Shown in pieces: positions 1 through 9,774 of a stretch of DNA of 64,000 bases. Position numbers and translations under genes: made by a program. Location: the NCBI GenBank assembly GCA_963772455.1, contig CAVYXJ010000005.1, positions 83,817 through 147,816 of the forward strand, in the 5' to 3' direction. This DNA is from Candidatus Bathyarchaeota archaeon. GTDB lineage: Archaea > Thermoproteota > Bathyarchaeia > Bathyarchaeales > Bathycorpusculaceae. The notes under the pieces were generated by a model. That model was not told the origin of the DNA. It ran no database searches and saw only the letters and a list, made by a program, of their open reading frames with translations. Within the stretch, counting starts at the first letter, position 1. Each line of letters opens with the position of its first letter.

Positions 1-2
1 AT

Positions 3-629
3 CCCCTTGGACTCCCACTGGGATTAATTGGATTTACAGTTGCTCTAGCAGCCATCGGCATAACAGGTTTTATCTTATTTATGGTAGCAATGTATCGCCT
101 TTCAAACTATTATAATGAACCAAGCATTTTCAAAAATGTTCTATACGCTTTTATAATAAACTTAGTCAGCGGCATAATCATTCTAATAGTGTTTTTCGCA
201 CTCACTTTAACGTCAATAGGAAGAATCACTCCTACAAATCCATCCTTTATAACCACGTTTATTGCACAATTAGTCATAACATACATAATCGCTTTTGCAA
301 TAGGCATTATTTTTGCAATAATAAACGGCTTACTATACATGCGCTCATTCAATAAACTTGGAGAAAAATCCGGAATCGAGGATTTTAAAACCGCAGCATT
401 ACTCTTCATAATAGGCGGCATAATTCCTTTAGTAACTTGGATAGCTTGGATTTTTGCAGCATTAGGCTTCAACAAGCTTAAAGCCACTCCACCACCGTCA
501 ACATATACCCCCAACACTTATCAACCAACACCATCAAACCCTTCACAGACCAAACGCTGCCCCAACTGCGGAGCAGAAAACCGAGCAGACTCTATCTTCT
601 GCGGAAATTGCGGAAACCAACTACAATAA
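3..629 (+). CDS. DUF996-like membrane protein with C-terminal zinc ribbon (5'-partial; frame open to window start)
   Basis: Several hydrophobic helices, 'FNKLGEKSGIEDFKTAA' segment typical of DUF996, Pro/Thr linker, then CPNCG...FCGNCG zinc ribbon. No in-frame stop upstream of the ATG at 81. Confidence 0.7.
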   Translation, partial: PLGLPLGLIGFTVALAAIGITGFILFMVAMYRLSNYYNEPSIFKNVLYAFIINLVSGIIILIVFFALTLTSIGRITPTNPSFITTFIAQLVITYIIAFAIGIIFAIINGLLYMRSFNKLGEKSGIEDFKTAALLFIIGGIIPLVTWIAWIFAALGFNKLKATPPPSTYTPNTYQPTPSNPSQTKRCPNCGAENRADSIFCGNCGNQLQ

Positions 630-738
630 AAAACCAATCAACAAACAAATAAGAAAACTAAATCTTTGCGCAAACTTTAATTTCACAAAAATTTTATATC
701 TCTGTGCGTTCTCCAATTAAACATTAAGTTGTGATTAT

Positions 739-1719
739 ATGGCAGTCAAAATTTCACCAGATTATATAGACCTTTTAAACAAGGCAGTCGAACGCGAAAT
801 TCAAGTTTCTCTACAATACATTCTTCAACACGCAAAAATGGAGAAACTTGTAAGAAGAACCATCCCTGAAAACATCCTCTTAGACAAAACAACATATGAT
901 GCAGTTGGAAAATTCCTAAGAGAAATCTCAATCCAAGAAATGAAACATGCCGCCGCAATTATCGAACGTATCTACTATCTTGGCGGAAAAGCATCAACTA
1001 AATCTAGCAAAATCACCGTCGGCAACAGTATAAGCGAATTCTCAAAGCTCAACGCAAAAGCAGAGGAAGAAGCATTAGTGCTCTACCGCGAAATAATTGA
1101 AACATCCGGAAAAATAGGCGATTGGGAAACTCGCGAACTTTTCGAAAAAATCTACGGTGAAGAAGAGCAGCACCTGTTCAAATTCCAAGAATACACAAAG
1201 TTCCAAGACGAGAAAGAAGAACCAAGCAAAGTACCGCTTCCTGAATGGCGAGAAATCTACACAGAAGACTACTTCACACTCCTCAACAAAGCTGTCTCCG
1301 CAGAAATAGCAGGCATCATCCAATACACAAACCAACATGAAAAAATGGCATTACTTGAACTTAGAATGAAAAATACAGCACTTGAAACAATCACAGAAAC
1401 CAACAAAACAGCAGTTGTAAGCAAAATACTCAAAGAAACCTTCATGCAAGAAATGGATCACCTTGAAAAAATCAGCGAGCGCATCTACCTCCTCGAGGGC
1501 GAAGCCACTTGGAAACCAGACCCATTACCAGTTGTCGGCAATACAGCACAAGAATTTCTAGTCCTAGATCACGCACTTGAAAGCAGCGCAATAACCCTCT
1601 ACCGCCAAATCATCGCTGAAGCGCTTAAACGCGGCGACACATTAACAAGAAGAATGTTCGAAGACATCATTATCCAAGAAGAAAACCACTTCTGGACCTT
1701 CGACGACTTCATAAGATAA
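739..1719 (+). CDS. Tandem two-domain ferritin/bacterioferritin-like di-iron protein
   Basis: Two homologous halves (LLNKAVxxEI...QY; QEMxH; E...LYR; EExH), each with ferroxidase ligands. Confidence 0.85.
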   Translation: MAVKISPDYIDLLNKAVEREIQVSLQYILQHAKMEKLVRRTIPENILLDKTTYDAVGKFLREISIQEMKHAAAIIERIYYLGGKASTKSSKITVGNSISEFSKLNAKAEEEALVLYREIIETSGKIGDWETRELFEKIYGEEEQHLFKFQEYTKFQDEKEEPSKVPLPEWREIYTEDYFTLLNKAVSAEIAGIIQYTNQHEKMALLELRMKNTALETITETNKTAVVSKILKETFMQEMDHLEKISERIYLLEGEATWKPDPLPVVGNTAQEFLVLDHALESSAITLYRQIIAEALKRGDTLTRRMFEDIIIQEENHFWTFDDFIR

Positions 1720-1731
1720 AAAAAATCTTCA

Positions 1732-1750
1732 TCTCCCATTTTTTGGGAGA
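1732..1750 (+). terminator. Short hairpin after the ferritin-like gene (possible terminator or mRNA stabiliser)
   Basis: TCTCCCA-TTTTT-TGGGAGA, a perfect 7-bp inverted repeat 12 nt after the stop. Confidence 0.35.
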
Positions 1751-1800
1751 CATTCTAATTTTCAATAAACTCTGAAAACCTTTCTAAAAGAACTGAAAAT

Positions 1801-3738
1801 GTGAAAACCATGGTAATTGAAAGCATAAATTGGATGGCAGGCGGTCCCCAAGGAAGCGGCGTAGATTCAGCTTCCAATATATTTGGCAGAGCCTGCGGTT
1901 ATGGCGGTTTGTATGTTTTTGGTAGAAGAGAATACCACTCAAACATCAAAACAATGCACAGCTACTTTCTACAACGAATATCCAAAGAACCCACGTTAGC
2001 AAACATTAGCGATGTTAACTTACTTGCGGCATTCGATGCAGAAACCATAGTACGCCACATCGGCGAAGTCATAAGTGAAGGCGGTATAATAGTTGATTCA
2101 CGCGATCTTAACTTAAATGTCCTAAAGGATATTGCAACTTTTAGTGAAGATTATAAAAATCAAATCCAAACTTACATGAAAGAGAACAATATTGGCGAAA
2201 CCATCAATGACTTCCTAAGCTATGCCAAACAAAAAAATATCCAGATTTTCGCAATCCCCTACATGGACCTACTAAAAAAAATCGGCGAAAAACTCGGAAT
2301 CGAAAAAACCAGTTCACTTGCAAAAATGATAAATGTCTTAACAATAGGAGTGTCTTTTGCCTTACTAAAGTATGACCGAAAACTCGTAGAAGACGCCATC
2401 AAAGCTACCTTCCCCGAAAAAATCGCCGACATGAACGTCGTAGCCGTAAACACTGCATACGATTATACTGAAAAAAACTTCAACGTTAACAGTTTCAAAC
2501 ACAAACTTGAAAAAACGGAAATTAAAGAACCAAGAATTTTCTTAACCGGCAACCAAGCTGTCGCCATGGGCAAAGTTCTAGGCGGATGCAGAGTCCAAAC
2601 TTACTACCCAATTACCCCTGCAGCTGACGAGAGCGAATACTTGGAAGCCCACGAAATCTTAAAAACTAAAAAAGGCAGCGAAGAAGCCATAATTGTTCTT
2701 CAAACAGAAGATGAAATAGCAGCAGTAAACTCTGCGTCAGGCGCATGCTTAACAGGGGCTAGGGCAGCAACAAGCACATCAGGTCCAGGATTTTCATTGA
2801 TGGCTGAAGGTTTAGGATGGGCAGGCAACAACGAAGTACCATTAGTAATAACTTTTTACCAGAGAGGCGGACCTGCAACTGGGCAACCAACACGCCACAG
2901 CCAACAGGACCTACGGTTTGCTATGCATGCTGCACACGGAGAATTCGCAAGAATAATCCTTGCTTCTGGAGACATCGAAGAGTGCTTCTTTGATGCCGCA
3001 GAAGTCTTCAATTTAGCTGAGAAATACCAAATGCCAGTTATTCATCTTCTCGATAAAGGAATGGCAAACTCATCACAGACATACCCAGTCTTTGACTACT
3101 CAAAAATCAAAATAGACCGCGGCTTAATCGTAAACGAGAAAGATTTAGAAGGCAAAATATACAAACGCTTCCAATTTACCGAAACAGGAATATCTCCAAG
3201 AGCATTTTTGGGAACAAAAAACGGTATTCACTGGTACAGCGGCGACGAACACAACGAATCAGGCAACATAAATGAAGAGCCAAATATCAGAAGGAAAATG
3301 ATGGATAAACGTTTGAAAAAACTTGAACTAGTCGATAAAGAGGTACCCTTGGAAATGAAAGCAAAGTTTTTCGGCGATAAAGACTCTGAAAACATTGTAA
3401 TCAGTTGGGGTTCACCCAAAGGCGCCATAATCGAATCGCTCAACCAATTAAAAGACGAAGGTTTCAGCTTGGGCTATATTCAAGTGCGCATGATTCAACC
3501 TCTTCCATCAGCTTACCTAAAACAGATATTAACAGGCAAAAAACGAATAATTGACATAGAAGACAATGCAACCGCTCAACTCAGCGGCGTGATAACAGAG
3601 AATACAAGCATCGAACCCAACTTTTACATTCTCAAATATACAGGAAGACCCATGATGACAACAGAAGTTTATGAAGCAATAAAAGCAATTTTAACTGATA
3701 AAGCAACTAAGAAGCAGGTGTTAATGCTTGGCGCATAA
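1801..3738 (+). CDS. korA: 2-oxoacid:ferredoxin oxidoreductase alpha subunit (fused gamma-alpha)
   Basis: N-terminal GGPQGSG gamma domain; YYPITP, QTEDEIAA, TSGPGFSLM and QRGGPATGQPT motifs. Substrate specificity cannot be determined from sequence. Confidence 0.9.
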   Translation: MKTMVIESINWMAGGPQGSGVDSASNIFGRACGYGGLYVFGRREYHSNIKTMHSYFLQRISKEPTLANISDVNLLAAFDAETIVRHIGEVISEGGIIVDSRDLNLNVLKDIATFSEDYKNQIQTYMKENNIGETINDFLSYAKQKNIQIFAIPYMDLLKKIGEKLGIEKTSSLAKMINVLTIGVSFALLKYDRKLVEDAIKATFPEKIADMNVVAVNTAYDYTEKNFNVNSFKHKLEKTEIKEPRIFLTGNQAVAMGKVLGGCRVQTYYPITPAADESEYLEAHEILKTKKGSEEAIIVLQTEDEIAAVNSASGACLTGARAATSTSGPGFSLMAEGLGWAGNNEVPLVITFYQRGGPATGQPTRHSQQDLRFAMHAAHGEFARIILASGDIEECFFDAAEVFNLAEKYQMPVIHLLDKGMANSSQTYPVFDYSKIKIDRGLIVNEKDLEGKIYKRFQFTETGISPRAFLGTKNGIHWYSGDEHNESGNINEEPNIRRKMMDKRLKKLELVDKEVPLEMKAKFFGDKDSENIVISWGSPKGAIIESLNQLKDEGFSLGYIQVRMIQPLPSAYLKQILTGKKRIIDIEDNATAQLSGVITENTSIEPNFYILKYTGRPMMTTEVYEAIKAILTDKATKKQVLMLGA

Positions 3739-4690
3739 ACCATCCGAATACAAAACAGATGTCTACACTGACTGGTGTCCAGGCTGCGGAGACTACGGAA
3801 TCCTAAGCGCACTACAAATGGCTCTAGCTGACTTGAACCTTGAACCACATAATGTTGTTGTTGTTTCAGGAGTGGGTAACGCGGCAAAAACGCCTCACTT
3901 TGTGAAAGTCAACGGTGTGCACACACTTCATGGTAGACTACTTCCATTTGCAATGGGAATTAAGGTTGCAAACCCAAACCTAGAAGTAATCGGAGTCGGA
4001 GGAGACGGCGACGGACTTGGCATCGGGGCAGGCCATTTTGTTAACACTGGACGAAGAAACATAGACATGACCTACCTACTCTACAACAACGGAGTTTATG
4101 GCTTAACAAAGGGACAAGCTTCACCAACACTTCGCCTCGGCATGCAGACAAAATCACTTCCGAACCCAAACATTAACGATGCTATCATCCCAGTTGCCCT
4201 CGCAATCACGTCTGGTTACACATTTGTTGCAAGGTCTTACGCTTTTGATGTTATTCACTTAAAAAACACGATCAAACAAGGAATTGACCATAAGGGCTTA
4301 GCGTTTGTCGAGTGCTTACAGCCATGCCCAGTCTACAATGACATAAACACTAAAGACTGGTATGCAGGTGAAGACCGCAAAGATGCTGCAGGCAAACCTC
4401 AACCAAGACTCTACAAGCTGGAAGAAACAGGGTTTGATCCAGTTGTCCATGATGAAAGCGAAGAATTCAAGAAAAAAGTCGCGGGTTTAGAAAAAGCGCA
4501 GGAATGGAACAACAAAATCCCAATTGGCGTTTTCTACAAAAATGGGTTAAAACCCACATTCCAAGAACGCTTTTCCCAAAGAATACCATTCTACATCAAG
4601 AACCCACCAGCGAAACAGCAACTAAAAGACGAAAACAACAACTCTACTCTTGACTTAAGCGAGTTCATGGATAACCTAAAAACAAGTTAG
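3728..4690 (+). CDS. korB: 2-oxoacid:ferredoxin oxidoreductase beta subunit
   Basis: WCPGCG, TPP-binding GGDGD...NNGVYGLTKGQ and QPCP motifs; TTG start overlapping the alpha gene. Confidence 0.9.
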   Translation: MAHKPSEYKTDVYTDWCPGCGDYGILSALQMALADLNLEPHNVVVVSGVGNAAKTPHFVKVNGVHTLHGRLLPFAMGIKVANPNLEVIGVGGDGDGLGIGAGHFVNTGRRNIDMTYLLYNNGVYGLTKGQASPTLRLGMQTKSLPNPNINDAIIPVALAITSGYTFVARSYAFDVIHLKNTIKQGIDHKGLAFVECLQPCPVYNDINTKDWYAGEDRKDAAGKPQPRLYKLEETGFDPVVHDESEEFKKKVAGLEKAQEWNNKIPIGVFYKNGLKPTFQERFSQRIPFYIKNPPAKQQLKDENNNSTLDLSEFMDNLKTS

Positions 4691-4726
4691 CGTTTCTTGG
4701 CTAAGAAACGTAAGGAGCTTCTCCTT
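4691..4726. terminator. Two adjacent hairpins between convergent korB and cupin genes
   Basis: CGTTTCTTGGCTAAGAAACG near-palindrome followed by AAGGAG-CTT-CTCCTT. Confidence 0.4.
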
Positions 4727-4790
4727 TCTCCTCAAAACACATAACGTTAGTTTAGCTTATAACCACTATTTCCGAAGTCGACATATATCA

Positions 4791-5162
4791 TTAAGACTTC
4801 GATTCTGCTTCATCATCAAAGTAGCAGTCTTCAGTGAATCTAGGCGTACAAACGCAGTAGAAAACAAGGTCGGTATGGCCCGTGTTGGTTATTTTCTGCG
4901 ATGTCTCAGCAGGAATGACGATAACATCACCAACACTCACATTAGTTGATTCAAAGTCACTAAAGGTTACTTTGCCCTCTCCCGCCGTAATTATATAGAT
5001 TTCCTGGATTTTTTTTAGGTGATGTGCTTTAGTTGTAATGCCTGGCTTAACTGTTGCACGCGCTATTGAAACGTCTTTGTCGCTGAAATTTTCAGCAATG
5101 TAGCATCTTTCAGGTGTCAAATATTCATATGGTATGTTGGCTTTTACAATTTTTGGCAGCAA
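4791..5162 (-). CDS. Cupin domain protein
   Basis: PG...AHH...EIYIITAGEG and GDVIVIP cupin motifs. Confidence 0.85.
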   Translation of the reverse strand: MLPKIVKANIPYEYLTPERCYIAENFSDKDVSIARATVKPGITTKAHHLKKIQEIYIITAGEGKVTFSDFESTNVSVGDVIVIPAETSQKITNTGHTDLVFYCVCTPRFTEDCYFDDEAESKS

Positions 5163-5390
5163 ATTTCAACATTCCTGGTCTTGTTTGTTTACAGAAAACA
5201 AATACTGAATATTTGTACTTTTAATTATATTGTTTACGCAAACCTTAACCAATGGATTAATTGGTTAAAAAAGGGTTTTTGGCGGAAAAGAAGCTTGTTT
5301 CAGATTTTTTTATTTGTGGTTTTTTGTTTAAACTTCACGGTATTGACTATGAGTTTAATCGTAGTTTTGCATGTTTAATGTGAAATCAAC

Positions 5391-5447
5391 TTATATATGC
5401 GCTAAATGTAGTGTGTACAATAAGCTTACTTACACTACACATTAACA
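5391..5447 (+). promoter_or_regulatory. TATA box with two putative NrdR boxes upstream of nrdR-nrdD-nrdG
   Basis: TTATATAT at 5391-5398. GCGCTAAATGTAGTGT at 5399-5414 matches the ACACTATATATAGTGT-type NrdR box at 12/16. A weaker box, ACACTACACATT..., starts at 5432. Confidence 0.55.
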
Positions 5448-5465
5448 AAAGCATGAGAATTAAAA

Positions 5466-5912
5466 ATGAGATGTCCCTACTGCAATTCCGATAATTCAAA
5501 AACCCTCGAAACACGCGACTCCCCAGAAAATACCACACGCAGACGAAAAGAATGCATCAACTGTAACAAACGCTACACTACCTACGAGTACCTTGAGACA
5601 GTCGAGTTAATGGTCAGAAAAAAAGACGGCGAACTCCAACGCTTCGACGTCAATAAAATAATCCGTGGTTTACAGAAAGCCTGCGAAAAAAGACCCATAA
5701 CTATGACTCAAATTAACGAGTTAGCTGGACAAGTACGCCAAGATCTCATGCTTAAAGGAACAGAAGAAGTCGCATCAGGAGAAATCGGCGACTTAATCAT
5801 GAAATACCTCAAAAACGTGGATCGGATTGCATACATTCGATTCGCTTCAGTTTACAAACAATTTGAAGAACCTGAAGATTTCAGGCGATTACTATTGGAA
5901 GTGAAAAAATGA
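5466..5912 (+). CDS. nrdR: Transcriptional repressor NrdR
   Basis: MRCPYC...RRRKECINCNKRYTTYE zinc ribbon, ATP cone and AYIRFASVY. Confidence 0.95.
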   Translation: MRCPYCNSDNSKTLETRDSPENTTRRRKECINCNKRYTTYEYLETVELMVRKKDGELQRFDVNKIIRGLQKACEKRPITMTQINELAGQVRQDLMLKGTEEVASGEIGDLIMKYLKNVDRIAYIRFASVYKQFEEPEDFRRLLLEVKK

Positions 5913-8035
5913 AGTTTGTATTAAAACGTGATAGCAAATTAGAACCCTTCGATCAAGAACGTATTACAATTGCCATTTGGAAAGCCGCTAAAGCAGTTGG
6001 CGGAAAAGACAAAGAACAAGCTAAACGAATCAGCGACGAAGTTGTAGCTCAACTAAACAAATTGTATGGCGATGACGGCGTTCCCACAGTTGAGGAGGTC
6101 CAAGATGTTGTTGAAAAACGCTTAATCGAAAATGGCCATGCTTCAACATCTAAAGCCTACATCCTCTACCGAAAACAACACACTGACATGCGCGAATTAG
6201 CCGCATTATTGAGCTCTTCAGATATGGTGGATCAATATCTCGAAGTTGAAGATTGGCGTGTGAAAGAAAACAGTAACATGAGCTATTCACTTCAAGGCCT
6301 CAACAACTACCTCTCATCTACAGTTATCGCCAAGTACTGGATTGCTAGAATTTACCCCCAGAAAATTGCAGAATCACACTTCTCAGGCGACATGCACATC
6401 CACGATCTAGGCGTACTTGGACCTTACTGCGTCGGCTGGGACGTAAGCGATTTGCTACTTTCAGGCTTCGGAGGAGTAGCAGGTAAAATCGAGAGCAAAC
6501 CTGCCAAACATTTCCGCACAGCACTGGGACAAGTAGTAAACTTTTTCTACACACTCCAAGGAGAAGCTGCTGGTGCACAAGCATTCAGCAACTTTGACAC
6601 ATACCTAGCACCCTTCATCCGATATGACCACTTAAGCCAGAAAGATGTTGATCAAGCGCTACAAGAGTTCTTCTTCAACATGAACGTACCAACCCGCGTT
6701 GGTTTTCAAGCACCGTTCACTAATTTAACTTTGGATTTAACAGTTCCAGACTTTATGAAGAATGAAGCGGTACTATACAACGGCAAAATTACACAAGATA
6801 CGTACGGCGATATGACCAAAGAGATGGACATGTTCAATTTAGCCTTCGCTGAAGGTATGCGCCAAGGCGATTCCAAGGGCAGAGTCTTCACATTCCCAAT
6901 TCCAACATACAACATAACCAAAGACTTCGATTGGGAGTCACCCGTATCTCAAGCAATTTTTGAAGTCACCGCCAAATACGGAGTACCATACTTCTCAAAC
7001 TTCGTTAACAGTGACATGAAACCTGAAGACGTACGCAGCATGTGCTGTCGCCTACGAATAGACAACCGTGAACTACGCAAACGTGGAGGCGGATTCTTCG
7101 GTGCCAACCCATTAACAGGCAGCATCGGCGTTGTCACCCTCAACATTCCAAGAATTGGTTACTTATCAAAAGATGAAGACGAATTCTTTGAAAAACTAGA
7201 AGGCTTAATGGAAATTGCTAAACAAAGCTTAGAAATCAAACGCAAAGTACTTGAAACCTTCACTGATAACGGTTTGTACCCGTATTCAAAACGTTATTTG
7301 AGACATGTCAAGGAAGCTTACGGCAAATTCTGGAAGAACCATTTCTCAACCATAGGCATAGTAGGCGTCAACGAAGCAATAATAAACCTAATAGGACAAA
7401 ATATTGCCTCGCGCGATGGACAAGCCTTCGCCCAAAAAACGCTTACCTTCATGCGTCAACGCTTAGCAAACTTCCAAGAGGAAACAGGCTGCATATACAA
7501 CCTTGAAGCAACCCCCGCCGAAGGGACCTCTTATCGACTTGCACGCTTAGATAAAAAACGATACCGAGACATAATATTCGCCAATCAAAAACATATTAAC
7601 TCAACCCGCGCCGAACCATTCTATACTAACTCTTCCCAGCTACCTGTGGACTTCTCAGGTGACCTCTTCGATGCTCTCGAGCACCAAGAAACCCTACAAT
7701 CACTATATACTGGAGGCACAGTGTTTCATATTTTCCTTGGCGAACGTCTACCATCTTGGAAATCAGCCGCTGAATTAATTAAGAAAGTCGCTTGGAACTC
7801 AAAACTACCCTACTTCACTTTGTCACCCACCTTTAGCATTTGTCCAACCCACGGATACACAAACGGAGAACACAAACAATGCCCAGTCTGCGAAGCAACC
7901 TGCGAAGTCTACTCGAGAGTAGTCGGTTACTTGCGACCAGTTGACCAATGGAATGATGGAAAACAAGCAGAATTCAACATACGCAAAACCTTCGATCGAT
8001 CCACCATAGTTACATCCGCACCCTTAACTTCTTAA
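5909..8035 (+). CDS. nrdD: Anaerobic (class III) ribonucleoside-triphosphate reductase
   Basis: N-terminal ATP cone, HIHDL, SMCCRL, EATPAEG, C-terminal CxxH...CxxC and glycyl-radical loop YSRVVGYLRP. Confidence 0.95.
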   Translation: MKFVLKRDSKLEPFDQERITIAIWKAAKAVGGKDKEQAKRISDEVVAQLNKLYGDDGVPTVEEVQDVVEKRLIENGHASTSKAYILYRKQHTDMRELAALLSSSDMVDQYLEVEDWRVKENSNMSYSLQGLNNYLSSTVIAKYWIARIYPQKIAESHFSGDMHIHDLGVLGPYCVGWDVSDLLLSGFGGVAGKIESKPAKHFRTALGQVVNFFYTLQGEAAGAQAFSNFDTYLAPFIRYDHLSQKDVDQALQEFFFNMNVPTRVGFQAPFTNLTLDLTVPDFMKNEAVLYNGKITQDTYGDMTKEMDMFNLAFAEGMRQGDSKGRVFTFPIPTYNITKDFDWESPVSQAIFEVTAKYGVPYFSNFVNSDMKPEDVRSMCCRLRIDNRELRKRGGGFFGANPLTGSIGVVTLNIPRIGYLSKDEDEFFEKLEGLMEIAKQSLEIKRKVLETFTDNGLYPYSKRYLRHVKEAYGKFWKNHFSTIGIVGVNEAIINLIGQNIASRDGQAFAQKTLTFMRQRLANFQEETGCIYNLEATPAEGTSYRLARLDKKRYRDIIFANQKHINSTRAEPFYTNSSQLPVDFSGDLFDALEHQETLQSLYTGGTVFHIFLGERLPSWKSAAELIKKVAWNSKLPYFTLSPTFSICPTHGYTNGEHKQCPVCEATCEVYSRVVGYLRPVDQWNDGKQAEFNIRKTFDRSTIVTSAPLTS

Positions 8036-8049
8036 GGAGAAAATAGCCA

Positions 8050-8727
8050 ATGAAGTTTAGTGGATTACAAAAAGTCAGTCTCGTAGATTACCCAGATAAA
8101 ATAGCATCAGTACTATTCACCCCAGGCTGCAATTTGCGCTGTCCCTTCTGCCATAACTGGCGAATCGCTGTTGATCCTCAACCGCCGTTTCTGCAGGAAG
8201 GTATAGCTTTGGAGATTTTAGAGAGCCGCAAAAAATACGTTGACGCAGTAGTAGTAACTGGTGGCGAACCATGTATGCATAAGGAGCTGCCAAAGTTTCT
8301 TGCTAAACTAAAAGATCGAGGTTTTATGGTAAAGTTGGACACGAACGGGTTCTTCCCAGATAAACTCGAAGAATGCCTCGGAAGCGTGGATTACGTAGCA
8401 ATGGACGTGAAAACATGCAGAGAAAAATACAAGCTTTTGGGCGCTAACGAAACGACGGGGTTAATGCGTACAATGGAAATCCTTAAAATGGGTAAAGTAC
8501 CCTACGAATTCCGCACAACTGCTGTTCCAGAACTCGTTACAAAGCAGGATGCCACATGTATAGGTGAGATGGTTAAAGGCTCAAAAACTCATGCAATCCA
8601 ACAATTCATCGCCCAAGACACCCTTGATAAACGTTATCAAACACTCAAACCCTACGCACCGGAAACAATCGATGACTTCGCAAAAATAATCCAGCCCTTT
8701 ACTGAAAAAGTCGTTGTCCGAATCTAG
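8050..8727 (+). CDS. nrdG: Anaerobic RNR-activating radical SAM protein
   Basis: GCNLRCPFCHN, TGGEP and KLDTNG motifs; directly follows nrdD. Confidence 0.9.
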   Translation: MKFSGLQKVSLVDYPDKIASVLFTPGCNLRCPFCHNWRIAVDPQPPFLQEGIALEILESRKKYVDAVVVTGGEPCMHKELPKFLAKLKDRGFMVKLDTNGFFPDKLEECLGSVDYVAMDVKTCREKYKLLGANETTGLMRTMEILKMGKVPYEFRTTAVPELVTKQDATCIGEMVKGSKTHAIQQFIAQDTLDKRYQTLKPYAPETIDDFAKIIQPFTEKVVVRI

Positions 8728-8900
8728 TTCAACATTTAGATTAGTTTTTTTGATTACTATCCTTCTTCAAGATATCAATAGTTTTTAAATTTCTTCAATT
8801 TATTAACCCCTATATTTCCAATAGAAGCACTTGTTGTAGTCACTCCACAGTCACAACTTCTAAAAAACCCCAGCAAAGCTTCATTATTTAGGCAAAAACC

Positions 8901-9482
8901 ATGAAAATTGCTATTATTGGAAAAGGCAATGTTGGAACAGCACTTCATAACGGCTTAAATAAAGCGGGATACGAAACAAAATTTGGACATCGAGACCCTG
9001 CAGAGCCAGTCGCAGAAGCTGCCAAATGGGGAGATGTAATAATCCTCGCGGTGCCCCATGAAAACGCAGACAATGCCAGAGAGGCAATAAAGCAATTTGC
9101 AGACGGAAAAATCGTTATAGACGTTATGAACGCTATTGGACCAAACATGAATTTAGGAATCGAATGCACAACTTCCTCTGCAGAGCAAACACAGAAAACA
9201 CTTCCTAAAGCAAAAGTAGTAAAAGCGTTTAACACAGTGTTTGCTCAAAACCAGAGTACAGGCAAAGTTTTAGGTGAACAATTAACTGCTTTCATAGCCG
9301 GAGACGACCCAAAAGCTAAACAAACCGTAGCAAAATTAACAAAAGATATCGGTTTTGACCCAATTGATTGTGGACCACTAATTTCAGCTAGGTATCTTGA
9401 AGCTATGGCAATAATGATAATCAACTTAGCGTACAATTATGGGATGGGCAACAAAATAGGTTACAAATTGGTAAAAGCCTAA
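8901..9482 (+). CDS. NADP oxidoreductase, F420-dependent (NpdG/Fno-like) family
   Basis: KIAIIGKGNVG Rossmann motif, VVKAFNT, AGDD and GFDPIDCG. Confidence 0.8.
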   Translation: MKIAIIGKGNVGTALHNGLNKAGYETKFGHRDPAEPVAEAAKWGDVIILAVPHENADNAREAIKQFADGKIVIDVMNAIGPNMNLGIECTTSSAEQTQKTLPKAKVVKAFNTVFAQNQSTGKVLGEQLTAFIAGDDPKAKQTVAKLTKDIGFDPIDCGPLISARYLEAMAIMIINLAYNYGMGNKIGYKLVKA

Positions 9483-9774
9483 CCGTCAATTCTCACTATA
9501 CAAAGCAAAAAACTTAATTGGAAAAATCAGCCCAAATCCAACTCAGAGAAGTTGTTGTTGCAACTCACTCGCAGCGCATAGTGACAACAACAATCAAAGA
9601 CAACCCTTCTAAAACCCAAAACAAAAATCATTTTGTCAAATAAAAACAACGAATTGCAAATCTACTCAACATAAAAAAATTAAGCCTCATCCATTCTTAC
9701 GTTTTATTAACCATAAAGTTTAAGGGTAAATGTTTGTTTTAGGTTGCGAGTATTCTACCTTTGAGGTTTGTGGT

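Noticed and set aside
5181-5378. 65-aa ORF between the cupin gene and nrdR
   Set aside because: Low-complexity AT-rich promoter region of divergent genes; no SD or motif.
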